Positions 20,479 through 28,434 of a stretch of 64,000 bases of DNA are shown in pieces. Location of the stretch: the IMG/VR virus record IMGVR_UViG_3300038463_000401, one strand, 5' to 3'. Position 1 is the first letter of the stretch; the number at the start of each line of letters is the position of its first letter. The translations under genes were made by a program, and so were the position numbers. The notes under the pieces were generated by a model. That model saw nothing but the letters and a program-made list of their open reading frames with translations, did no database searches and was not told the DNA's origin. This stretch comes from a virus.

Positions 20479-21311
20479 TGCGCTCTCTAGTCTTCTCCGG
20501 CGAAGGCGCCAAGGGCGGCTTCCAGGCCGCCATTGCTTTACAGCGTGCGCAGCAGCCTGATCTAGTAATCGGCACCAGCTCGGGCGCGGTTAATGCTGTC
20601 GGCTATGCTTACCTAGGCCCGCAGGGCCTGGTAAATCTATGGAAGACGATCAATAGCACCAGCCAAGTCTTCCGGCTGAGCGTGCTGGACGCGCTGGTAG
20701 GCAATGGCCTCTACTCGTCAGCGCCGATCAACAAGATCCTTCAGGATGTGATCTACGATAACAAGCCGTCCTGCGAGGTGATCGTAACGCGCGCCAGTGA
20801 CGAGACCGGCGCACTCGAATACGTCTCTAATCGTGCCGTAGGCACAGATGAATTCTATGAGGCAGTCTGCGACGCCATCGCCATCCCCGCAGTGGTCGAC
20901 CATCCCGATGGATTTGTTGACGGCGTTGTCGGCACGGACTTGCCGCTCAGCTATGCAATCCAATGCGGCGCTACCGATCTGACCGCGATCATAGGTACAC
21001 CGCCTATTCCGTATGCCGTTACCTCCAAGGCATGGCCGGTGTTCGACTTCATCAGCCGCGGCTACCGGTTTGTCGACCTCCTCCTAAACCAAGTCATGTT
21101 TGGGGATCTTGCAGTTTGCACTCTGCGCCAACAGATCAACCCATCGATTACCCTACGGGTATACGGGCCGAGGGGGTATCTCTTCGAGCCACTTGACTTC
21201 GCGAGTACAGTTCATGGCGTGGAAATGGCTATGTCTGGCCAGTACGGAGAGTGGATTTACTCATCTAAAGGCTGGCAGTTCTCTGGTACACTTGGGGGGT
21301 ATCCCTTCTAG
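20478..21311 (+). CDS. Patatin-like phospholipase
   Basis: SGEGAKG glycine loop, GTSSG nucleophile elbow (GxSxG), and FVDGVV in place of the usual DGG. Confidence 0.88.
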   Translation: MRSLVFSGEGAKGGFQAAIALQRAQQPDLVIGTSSGAVNAVGYAYLGPQGLVNLWKTINSTSQVFRLSVLDALVGNGLYSSAPINKILQDVIYDNKPSCEVIVTRASDETGALEYVSNRAVGTDEFYEAVCDAIAIPAVVDHPDGFVDGVVGTDLPLSYAIQCGATDLTAIIGTPPIPYAVTSKAWPVFDFISRGYRFVDLLLNQVMFGDLAVCTLRQQINPSITLRVYGPRGYLFEPLDFASTVHGVEMAMSGQYGEWIYSSKGWQFSGTLGGYPF

Positions 21312-21320
21312 GAGGCCCCC

Positions 21321-21725
21321 GTGCAAGACACTACCGCCTTGTCCAACGAGGCGCTTCTCGCCATTTTCGCGGCAATCCAGGTGTTGTCCGTCGCCTTGTC
21401 AAAGGTAATCGACTATTTCGTTGACAAGAGCAGACAAGACCCTGTCGAGGCGAAGATCGATAAGCTTCTTGAAAATGATGATGAGCGCCAGGAACATATC
21501 AAGTCCAACTACGATATGTACCGCATGATTGCCGACATGTACGCGATGCATAAAGTGATTGACGACGAAGGCCGTCCGGTATGGTACTTCCCTAAGAAAA
21601 TGCTGGATATGGCGGATAAGCATCTTGAGCTGCTGCGCGACATTTCCAATGCGCAGAAGGAAACAGCCTCAAAGATGGAATCGATTGTTAGTCAACTTAT
21701 GTGCATAAAGGCGAAGCATGACTAG
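21321..21725 (+). CDS. Membrane-anchored protein, holin/antiholin-like
   Basis: GGAGG RBS and GTG start; one N-terminal hydrophobic helix followed by a soluble charged domain. Confidence 0.5.
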   Translation: MQDTTALSNEALLAIFAAIQVLSVALSKVIDYFVDKSRQDPVEAKIDKLLENDDERQEHIKSNYDMYRMIADMYAMHKVIDDEGRPVWYFPKKMLDMADKHLELLRDISNAQKETASKMESIVSQLMCIKAKHD

Positions 21726-22662
21726 GTTATTTTTAATTTCATTAATAATCGCCTTGGCAGGCTGCCATAAAGCACCGTCAGCTGTGGACAGCAACGGGCT
21801 ACCAGCCCCGGAAGACGTCTCCCACTTCGACAGCCAGTTTGCCACCATCGCCGGCCTAGCCATGCTCCACAACATCGACCCTAACGGGCAGATTGCTTTA
21901 AGCACGCCGGAGGGCGGATGGGCGGACCAGGGCGATAGCTTCTTCTTTACCGGGCTGACGCTGGCCGCGTTTGACTGCGCCCCCGGCACGCCGCTACTCG
22001 CGGTGATCCTGAAAGGCATTTACGACAACGGCGGCATGATCCCGAGCCACAACCCGCTGCTACCCAACTTCACAGTCACGTCGCGCGACCAAGTCACCGG
22101 GGTCATGCTTGGCCTTGTAGAGCGTTGGCGCCGCTGCCCTGCCGATAGGCCTGCAATCGCGGACGCTTGGCGCGCGCACATCGCGTATGTCGCCGCCAAC
22201 GGCGGCAACCTCGGCCCCACCGCGGACGCGGACATGCTCAGTTTGCGCTGGCTGTGGGGCCAAGTCGGTCAATACTTCGGCGTTGGCGGCGCCGGTGGTT
22301 CAGAGGATTCCTTTGAGGTGAGCCTCGTAGCCACGGCTGCGAGTATCAACGCAGCGCACAGTGCTTGCTACCCCGTTCATACTGGCACACTGCAGGCGAT
22401 CATCGCGGCCAAGATCCATCAGCCGATCGCGGGTAAGGGTGCGTTTTGCGACGCAACCCGCGGACTTGGTTTACCACTCACTGAGTGGATGTGCGGCCGC
22501 GCAACCGGCCAATCCTGGCTTAAGCAGTTCGAGCCGGATGTGTGGATAGACCAAAATCAGCGCTGCCCCAACTGGGAAGGCAAGCCGGATGCCGGCGGCA
22601 ATATGACGCCGGGTGTTGACTTCTTCGAGGTTTACCGATTAGCCGCAGAAGGCAATAGCTGA
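21718..22662 (+). CDS. Putative lipoprotein (helical enzyme-like domain)
   Basis: MTRLFLISLIIALAG-C lipobox; DQGDS and SRDQ motifs look like conserved acidic sites; function unknown. Confidence 0.7.
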   Translation: MTRLFLISLIIALAGCHKAPSAVDSNGLPAPEDVSHFDSQFATIAGLAMLHNIDPNGQIALSTPEGGWADQGDSFFFTGLTLAAFDCAPGTPLLAVILKGIYDNGGMIPSHNPLLPNFTVTSRDQVTGVMLGLVERWRRCPADRPAIADAWRAHIAYVAANGGNLGPTADADMLSLRWLWGQVGQYFGVGGAGGSEDSFEVSLVATAASINAAHSACYPVHTGTLQAIIAAKIHQPIAGKGAFCDATRGLGLPLTEWMCGRATGQSWLKQFEPDVWIDQNQRCPNWEGKPDAGGNMTPGVDFFEVYRLAAEGNS

Positions 22663-22733
22663 CAAGCCTTTCCAGGGAGTGTACAATCAGGCTCTCTGTG
22701 CCCACTTTTTACCCACTTGGGGAGGATTATCCA

Positions 22734-23057
22734 ATGGTGACGGACGTAAATAACGTGCTTATCGGCTTGAACGAAGTCGCTCTTCAACTCGTCAAAGGCA
22801 TGAAAGACGGCGTGCTTGGCGATTTCGAAGCGTTCTGGTCTGCATACCAAAGCAACCCGGACTTCCAAGCGCGGCTGCAAACCGCCTATCAAAGCCTGGC
22901 CGCCTGCCCGGCCGAACTCTCCGGCCTTGGCGTCGGCGACTTCGTCACCCTCGCCGCGACGGAAGTCGGCTACATCCCGCAGTTCATTGCCGCGCTGGCT
23001 CAGCCCGCTCCGGCCGCCGCGCCGACGCCGGCCGCTGATCCCGCTCCCGCAGCTTGA
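22734..23057 (+). CDS. Hypothetical amphipathic helical protein with Pro/Ala tail
   Basis: GGAGG RBS before ATG 22734; last gene of the block before a hairpin. Confidence 0.65.
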   Translation: MVTDVNNVLIGLNEVALQLVKGMKDGVLGDFEAFWSAYQSNPDFQARLQTAYQSLAACPAELSGLGVGDFVTLAATEVGYIPQFIAALAQPAPAAAPTPAADPAPAA

Positions 23058-23064
23058 TCGCCTA

Positions 23065-23110
23065 GCCTGCTTAGGGGTACCCTAGCCTAAGCAGGCCATT
23101 GTTTCCTTTC
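23065..23110 (+). terminator. Putative intrinsic terminator
   Basis: 11-bp stem GCCTGCTTAGG/CCTAAGCAGGC followed by CATTGTTTCCTTTC. Confidence 0.55.
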
Positions 23111-23123
23111 AGGAGAAACGCCA

Positions 23124-23585
23124 GTGGTTCTTTCTCTCGATCAAGTGAACGCCGGCGTCCCCTTCCTCCCGGGGCGCGCTCGCTACAATATCGTGACGGA
23201 TCGCAGCTCTACCTGGGTATCGCATACGATGGCCACGGGCGCTGCGCTTGACGGCACGTACACCCAGACTGCAACTCAGTCTGACCCGACGCAGATCGAC
23301 CCCGTCGTCACCGGCGGCGCCGCAGGATGGACGAACCTGACCCATGGCGGTCTCTTCACCATGCTCGCGGATACTGGCCGGGAGATCTTGATTGAGGGCT
23401 TTACTAACCAAGCAGGGGCTACATTCAGCACGGTTGACCAAAGCGGCAATGTGCTGCGGTCTACGCTAGACCTCTCGGTCTTGCCGGTTAAGCTTGCCCC
23501 CTACGAAACCATCAAAGCGACGGGCGGCGCCACCGGCGGTAAGGTCGCGTTCCTGGTCCGTTACGACTGGGCGACGATCCTGTGA
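23124..23585 (+). CDS. Hypothetical structural protein
   Basis: AGGAG RBS, GTG start, coupled to the next gene. Confidence 0.65.
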   Translation: MVLSLDQVNAGVPFLPGRARYNIVTDRSSTWVSHTMATGAALDGTYTQTATQSDPTQIDPVVTGGAAGWTNLTHGGLFTMLADTGREILIEGFTNQAGATFSTVDQSGNVLRSTLDLSVLPVKLAPYETIKATGGATGGKVAFLVRYDWATIL

Positions 23586-24190
23586 AATACCAAGGACAGC
23601 TAGCCCAAGTAGCGATCCGCCTCTTCGACACACTGGGCGTCCCCGTAACTGGGGTGCTTTACAGCGCGGTCACCGCGAAGATCTGGAAAGCCGGAACCTT
23701 GGGGTTTGTGCCCAAAACCCTAGCGTCCGCGGATTGGCTAGAACTCGGCTACGGCATCTACATCATCAACTTCTCCCCAACAGACATGAACACCCTGAGC
23801 ACGTTTGCCTACTACCTGACTGGCGCGGGCTTTGTGCCATACTGGAACACCTTTGATGTTACACCGGCGCCGCTAAGCTTGCTGGCGAACACCCCCCTGT
23901 GTGTCGTCACCGGCAACGTCGTCGACCTAGGAGGCCAGTCCTTCTCGGATCAGAACCAGAACCTCGTGATCTCGTTCCGCATCGCGAACGTGCCGCAGTC
24001 GGTCGGTGGAACCAGCATCGTCTCTTCGAAGTTGCTGACGACGACTACCGACGCCTTTGGCAACTTCTCTGTCGCCATCTTGCAGGGCGCCGTGGTTATC
24101 GTGGAGATCGCCCCACTCGGTCTACGGCAGAAGATCACGATACCCGCGACGACAAGCGCAACTCTTCTTAGCCTTCTTCCCCCGTTTTGA
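23582..24190 (+). CDS. Structural protein with C-terminal beta-sandwich shared with 31609-32607
   Basis: PLCVVTGNVVDLGG...TTDAFGNFSVAILQGAVV.VEI...ITIP aligns with PVCVVQGIVTDLQG...TGPDGRFNLPLLQGALV.IEI...VTIP. Confidence 0.7.
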   Translation: MKYQGQLAQVAIRLFDTLGVPVTGVLYSAVTAKIWKAGTLGFVPKTLASADWLELGYGIYIINFSPTDMNTLSTFAYYLTGAGFVPYWNTFDVTPAPLSLLANTPLCVVTGNVVDLGGQSFSDQNQNLVISFRIANVPQSVGGTSIVSSKLLTTTTDAFGNFSVAILQGAVVIVEIAPLGLRQKITIPATTSATLLSLLPPF

Positions 24191-24207
24191 TAGCATGGGT
24201 ACCAACC

Positions 24208-24241
24208 ATAGCTAAAGAAAAACCGGGGGCCTATGCCGGTT
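24208..24241 (-). terminator. Putative minus-strand intrinsic terminator
   Basis: AACCGG/CCGGTT stem followed on the - strand by TTTCTTTAGCTAT. Confidence 0.5.
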
Positions 24242-24265
24242 GTAAGGGTTATCGTGTGGACAGGA

Positions 24266-24409
24266 TTAGGTTGTTTGAGCAAATGTGCGGTTGACGAACA
24301 GAACGGCGAGAGCGCAAAGGCCTGCTCGCACGACATCCTTAGCAATAGCCTTAGCTGAAGGTTTGCAGGCTGAGAGCAGCGACAGGAACCAGGACCAGAC
24401 CTTCTTCAT
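24266..24409 (-). CDS. 47-aa putative small lipoprotein/membrane peptide (below the ORF-track cutoff)
   Basis: Hand translation gives MKKVWSWFLSLLSAC-KPSAKAIAKDVVRAGLCALAVLFVNRTFAQTT. AAGGG lies upstream; the ORF sits between a promoter-like motif and a terminator. Confidence 0.45.
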   Translation of the reverse strand: MKKVWSWFLSLLSACKPSAKAIAKDVVRAGLCALAVLFVNRTFAQTT

Positions 24410-24440
24410 GACATGCCCTTAATTTATATGATATTCTTTC

Positions 24441-24455
24441 CAAGTTACTTATACC
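24441..24455 (-). promoter_or_regulatory. Recurrent promoter-like motif GGTATAAG-N4-TTG (copy A)
   Basis: Plus strand reads CAAGTTACTTATACC, at a divergent gene junction. Confidence 0.55.
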
Positions 24456-24471
24456 CATAAAGGGACGGAAA

Positions 24472-25557
24472 ATGTTGAAGTTAGCTAATCAAGTCATCGA
24501 CGCCTACGACGACGTCGAGCGCGAAGGCCTGAAGAAGCTGGCGGCGCTCGGACCGTCCATCCACTACATGACACCGGAAGAGCGCGGCGCGCTGCGCGAC
24601 GGTGACTTTGCGTTATCTCTGATAACCAAGAAGGCATCGAAGCTCAACAAGTTCGCCATCGACTCCCACGACAACACCTGGCTGTCCAACCACTACTTCG
24701 ACATGAACTGCCACAAGCTCCCCGAGACTGCCGCGAAGCTCGCGGCGGCCAACATCAAGACGGCGTGCGCGCGTCATGGCATCGCTCCCATGCCGGCGGT
24801 TGTGATCTTTGCCGGAATGCACAAAGAGGCTGGCGCCGGCAATACCTTCTGCGAAGGCGCAGATACCAAGCTGGCCAAAGCCAACATCGTGCAAGTCGAC
24901 TTGACCAAGCTCGCCAATGTCCACCAGATGGGCGAAAACTATACACACGCGCAGTACGCTATGCGCACTCCTGCTGCCGTGAAGATTGCCTCGAAGTACT
25001 TCGACGACAACCACAAGGAGATGCAAGTTGAGGCGCGCCACAAGTACGCCGCGGCCATCCAGCGAAGAGCACATGAGCTTGGGATGCCGGCTGAAAAGAG
25101 CATGGTCGGCAAATATGCCTCGGATCATTATAGTGGTCTTGTTGATGCTCATGTTCGCGCTCGGCTTTCCCTTCTTGATGAAAGCACAAATAAAGAGATT
25201 CTTTCGAAGATCGCGTCGATGCGCAGCGAGCTCAGCCCCACCGACTTCGCCCGCGCGCTCTACGGCTTCGACAAGAAGGCGGGATTGTCCCGTTATTACG
25301 GGTCGCATCTGACCGATCCGTTTCAAGCAACGTTCGCTGCCGAGCCGGACCAAAAGCCCTGGCGCGTCAAGGTCGGCTCCGCCTCGATGGGCCGGGACGA
25401 CCTGAAGATGCTGGCTAACGAGAAGTACGCCAAGATCAAGGATTACTTCGGCTCAAGCGTTGCTGACGAGTTCCGCAAAGACCCTCAAAGCATCTTCGAA
25501 TCTTTGCCGATGGACAGCAAAGAAGTCCTGGCGGGCATTTTCAATGGCACAGCCTGA
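24472..25557 (+). CDS. KxA-rich putative internal head protein
   Basis: Many K-x-A triplets (KLA, KKA, KFA, KTA, KEA, KIA, KYA); head-gene context; function inferred. Confidence 0.55.
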   Translation: MLKLANQVIDAYDDVEREGLKKLAALGPSIHYMTPEERGALRDGDFALSLITKKASKLNKFAIDSHDNTWLSNHYFDMNCHKLPETAAKLAAANIKTACARHGIAPMPAVVIFAGMHKEAGAGNTFCEGADTKLAKANIVQVDLTKLANVHQMGENYTHAQYAMRTPAAVKIASKYFDDNHKEMQVEARHKYAAAIQRRAHELGMPAEKSMVGKYASDHYSGLVDAHVRARLSLLDESTNKEILSKIASMRSELSPTDFARALYGFDKKAGLSRYYGSHLTDPFQATFAAEPDQKPWRVKVGSASMGRDDLKMLANEKYAKIKDYFGSSVADEFRKDPQSIFESLPMDSKEVLAGIFNGTA

Positions 25558-26248
25558 GGTCAACGACCCCAAAGGGCTGGACGCCCTGCGCACAGCCAAG
25601 GCCGCGGTCAAGTTCGCAGAGAACCCGCAGAAGGCAGTCGTGCGCGCCATCGTCCGCTCTGCTCTTGAAAAGAACGGTGGGCTTTCCCCGTTGAAGATAT
25701 TTTCAATGTTGAACGACCACTACGGCCACGAGTGGTGGGACTGGGAGCCCGAGACCATCTGGTCAACACTCGCCGCACAGCACGGCCTGGCAATTACGCC
25801 AGAGCTGCGTAACATCGTCGGCGCCCTTCAAACTACGCTGAACACCAACTTCGCGTTCGAGCTCTGGCACGTCTTTGAAAAGACCGGGCTGGCCTTCAAT
25901 CTGCATCACGTCGACCCTGACGTGGTGCAGCCGCTCGAGCCGAATGAAGCCTCGCTCACAATTTTCATCCTAAAAATGCTGAGGCCGAAGCTTGACTTCG
26001 AGCCCGATGTGCTTGGCTATGTTGCCGCGCTGTGCCACGAGGCCGGCCTGGTCTATGCTCCGCCTGAGCTCTTCGGCCCCGTTGGCGCGCAAGGCTGGCT
26101 GGAGAAGATTGCCCCCGACCATAGCGGAGTTGGACACCAAACCGCGATGGCCTGGCCGCGCAAGCCTAGCGAAAGCGACCCGCCTGCGCTTAGAATACAG
26201 CTGGCCCGGCTCCATGAGATTAAAGACTATGTAAAAGCGAGGTTATAA
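25544..26248 (+). CDS. Hypothetical virion/head protein
   Basis: ATG 25544 overlaps the previous gene's end; 234 aa containing WWDWEPETIW. Confidence 0.65.
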   Translation: MAQPEVNDPKGLDALRTAKAAVKFAENPQKAVVRAIVRSALEKNGGLSPLKIFSMLNDHYGHEWWDWEPETIWSTLAAQHGLAITPELRNIVGALQTTLNTNFAFELWHVFEKTGLAFNLHHVDPDVVQPLEPNEASLTIFILKMLRPKLDFEPDVLGYVAALCHEAGLVYAPPELFGPVGAQGWLEKIAPDHSGVGHQTAMAWPRKPSESDPPALRIQLARLHEIKDYVKARL

Positions 26249-28434
26249 TGCGCAAGCTCTTACTGGCCCTGGCCATCCTTGGCTTCGCTCCTACCGCGAT
26301 GGCGGACACACCACCAGCACGAGTTATCAATGCTGAAGCATACGATGCTGCGGGTAACCCTATCGGCAGCACCAGCGGCAGCCTCAACGTCAACGTGACG
26401 AATCCGACTGGTCTGCCTGCGGGGGCGTCGACCGCCACGCTTCAGACCGCGGGGAACACCACGCTATCCTCGATTGACACCGCGCTCAGCTCGGTTTCGA
26501 CCGCGGCCAATCAGGCGTCTGAAATAACCTACCTCAACGACATCAACGGTAAGATCTCGGCCTTCAACTTGAACACGAGCGGCGCCGAATACGACCAGGG
26601 CGTGTCGCTGCGCTTCGCCTCCCCTGGTGGCTCAATCCCGGCCGGTGTCGATGCAAACCCCCTGCGCGTAGACCCCACTGGAACGACGACTCAGCCCGTA
26701 AGTGCCGATTCGCTTCCGCTGCCTACTGGAGCGGCAACGGAGTCGACGCTCTCCACCCTCAATGGGAAGCTGACGACAACGTCGAATGGGATCAAGGTGG
26801 ACGGCTCAGCGACAACCCAACCAATCTCGGCCTCCGCGCTACCTTTACCGACGGGTGCCTCAACTGATGCCACGCTCAGCGCCCTCAGCGCCAAGCTAGG
26901 CACGCTCGGGCAGAAGGCCATGGCGGGCTCGGCCCCGGTCGTGATCGCCTCTGACCAGGCACCCATCCCGGTGTCCGGTACGTTCAGTGCCACGAACCCG
27001 TCCATTGCCACGAACGGCTCGGCCATCCCGGCGAGCTCTACCCAGGTGGGCGGCAAAGACAACTCAGGCAACCTCCAGCCACTTCAGCTGACGTCCACCA
27101 AAGCCCTGATCGTGGACGCCTCGGCCACCACGCAGCCCGTCAGCGGGACGTTCTGGCAGGCCACGCAGCCTGTCTCAGGAACGATCGCCGTCTCGAACCT
27201 CCCCGTCACTCAGCCGGTGAGTGTAGCAAGTCTGCCTCTGCCAGCGGGTGCGGCAACGTCCGCCCTACAAAGCACGGGGAACACCTCGCTCTCCGACATC
27301 GACACCAAGCTCCCTGCGCTTGTCAGCAGCCGTGTCCCCGTGGACGGATCTGGCGTAACTCAGCCAGTTAGTGGCACGTTTTGGCAGACGACACAGCCCG
27401 TAAGTGGCACGGTCACGGTCAACCAGGGAACGGCTGGCGCCTCGGCTTGGAAGGTAGACGGGTCCGCAGTGACGCAGCCTGTCTCCGGCACCTTCTGGCA
27501 GGCCACGCAGCCCGTCAGTGGCACCGTGACGGCCAACGCCGGCACAGGGACGTTCGCGGTCAGCGCCGCGAGCCTCCCGCTTCCGACCGGTGCCTCGACG
27601 GCGGCTAAGCAGCCAGCGCTCGGCACGGCGGGTACGGCCTCCACAGATGTCATCACGGTGCAGGGCATCGCGTCCATGACCGCTCTGAAGGTGGATGGCT
27701 CAGCTGTTACCCAGCCCGTCTCCGGTACCTTCTGGCAGTCGACCCAGCCGGTGAGCGCGGCGAGCTTGCCTCTGCCAGCCGGTGCGGCCACCAGTGCGCT
27801 GCAAACGACCGGCAATACGTCCCTCTCCGACATCGACACGAAGACGGCAACGCTCGTCAGTGGTCGCGTGCCAGTTGACGGGTCCGGTGTGACCCAGCCC
27901 GTGAGCGGGACGTTTTGGCAGGCCACCCAGCCCGTCAGCGGCTCAGTCAGCGTGTCCAATTTCCCTGGCTCGCAGGCGGTCACTGGGACCTTCTGGCAGT
28001 CCACGCAGCCGGTGAGCCTGGCAACCGTCCCACTGCCCTCGGGAGCGGCCACGTCCGCCAATCAGGCGACGGAAATCTCGTCGCTGTCGTCGATCGCGGC
28101 CTCGGTGGCGGCGCCCCAGGCAAGTCCGGTGGGCCGGAGCTATGCCGACAGCATTAGGAACGTCTACAGTTCGACGACGGTCGGGACGGTCAGTTGGGTG
28201 CAGGTGAGTGCCTCCACGGCCGCCACCATGAATGTCGTGTCGATCTTCGACAGCTGCGGGCAGGTCCTGGAGCTTGGTGTTGGTGCCCTGGGCAGCGAGG
28301 TGCGGAAGACGCTCATCCCGCCCGGCGGCCTCTACAACTGGCCCCTTCTGATCCCAGGAGGCTCGCGCATATCGCTGCGGGCGGTAAGCGCGACGTGCTC
28401 CAAAGGAGAATTTGACATGACGGGTCTCAATTGA
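26248..28434 (+). CDS. Signal-peptide, repeat-rich fibre-like protein
   Basis: MRKLLLALAILGFAPTAMA leader; tandem TQPVSGTFWQxTQPVS and LPLPxGAAT repeats. Confidence 0.8.
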   Translation: MRKLLLALAILGFAPTAMADTPPARVINAEAYDAAGNPIGSTSGSLNVNVTNPTGLPAGASTATLQTAGNTTLSSIDTALSSVSTAANQASEITYLNDINGKISAFNLNTSGAEYDQGVSLRFASPGGSIPAGVDANPLRVDPTGTTTQPVSADSLPLPTGAATESTLSTLNGKLTTTSNGIKVDGSATTQPISASALPLPTGASTDATLSALSAKLGTLGQKAMAGSAPVVIASDQAPIPVSGTFSATNPSIATNGSAIPASSTQVGGKDNSGNLQPLQLTSTKALIVDASATTQPVSGTFWQATQPVSGTIAVSNLPVTQPVSVASLPLPAGAATSALQSTGNTSLSDIDTKLPALVSSRVPVDGSGVTQPVSGTFWQTTQPVSGTVTVNQGTAGASAWKVDGSAVTQPVSGTFWQATQPVSGTVTANAGTGTFAVSAASLPLPTGASTAAKQPALGTAGTASTDVITVQGIASMTALKVDGSAVTQPVSGTFWQSTQPVSAASLPLPAGAATSALQTTGNTSLSDIDTKTATLVSGRVPVDGSGVTQPVSGTFWQATQPVSGSVSVSNFPGSQAVTGTFWQSTQPVSLATVPLPSGAATSANQATEISSLSSIAASVAAPQASPVGRSYADSIRNVYSSTTVGTVSWVQVSASTAATMNVVSIFDSCGQVLELGVGALGSEVRKTLIPPGGLYNWPLLIPGGSRISLRAVSATCSKGEFDMTGLN
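27127..28020 (+). repeat. Intragenic peptide repeats (six GTFWQxTQPVS units plus a duplicated ~50-aa block)
   Basis: Visible in the translation; DNA copies differ mostly at synonymous positions. Confidence 0.85.
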
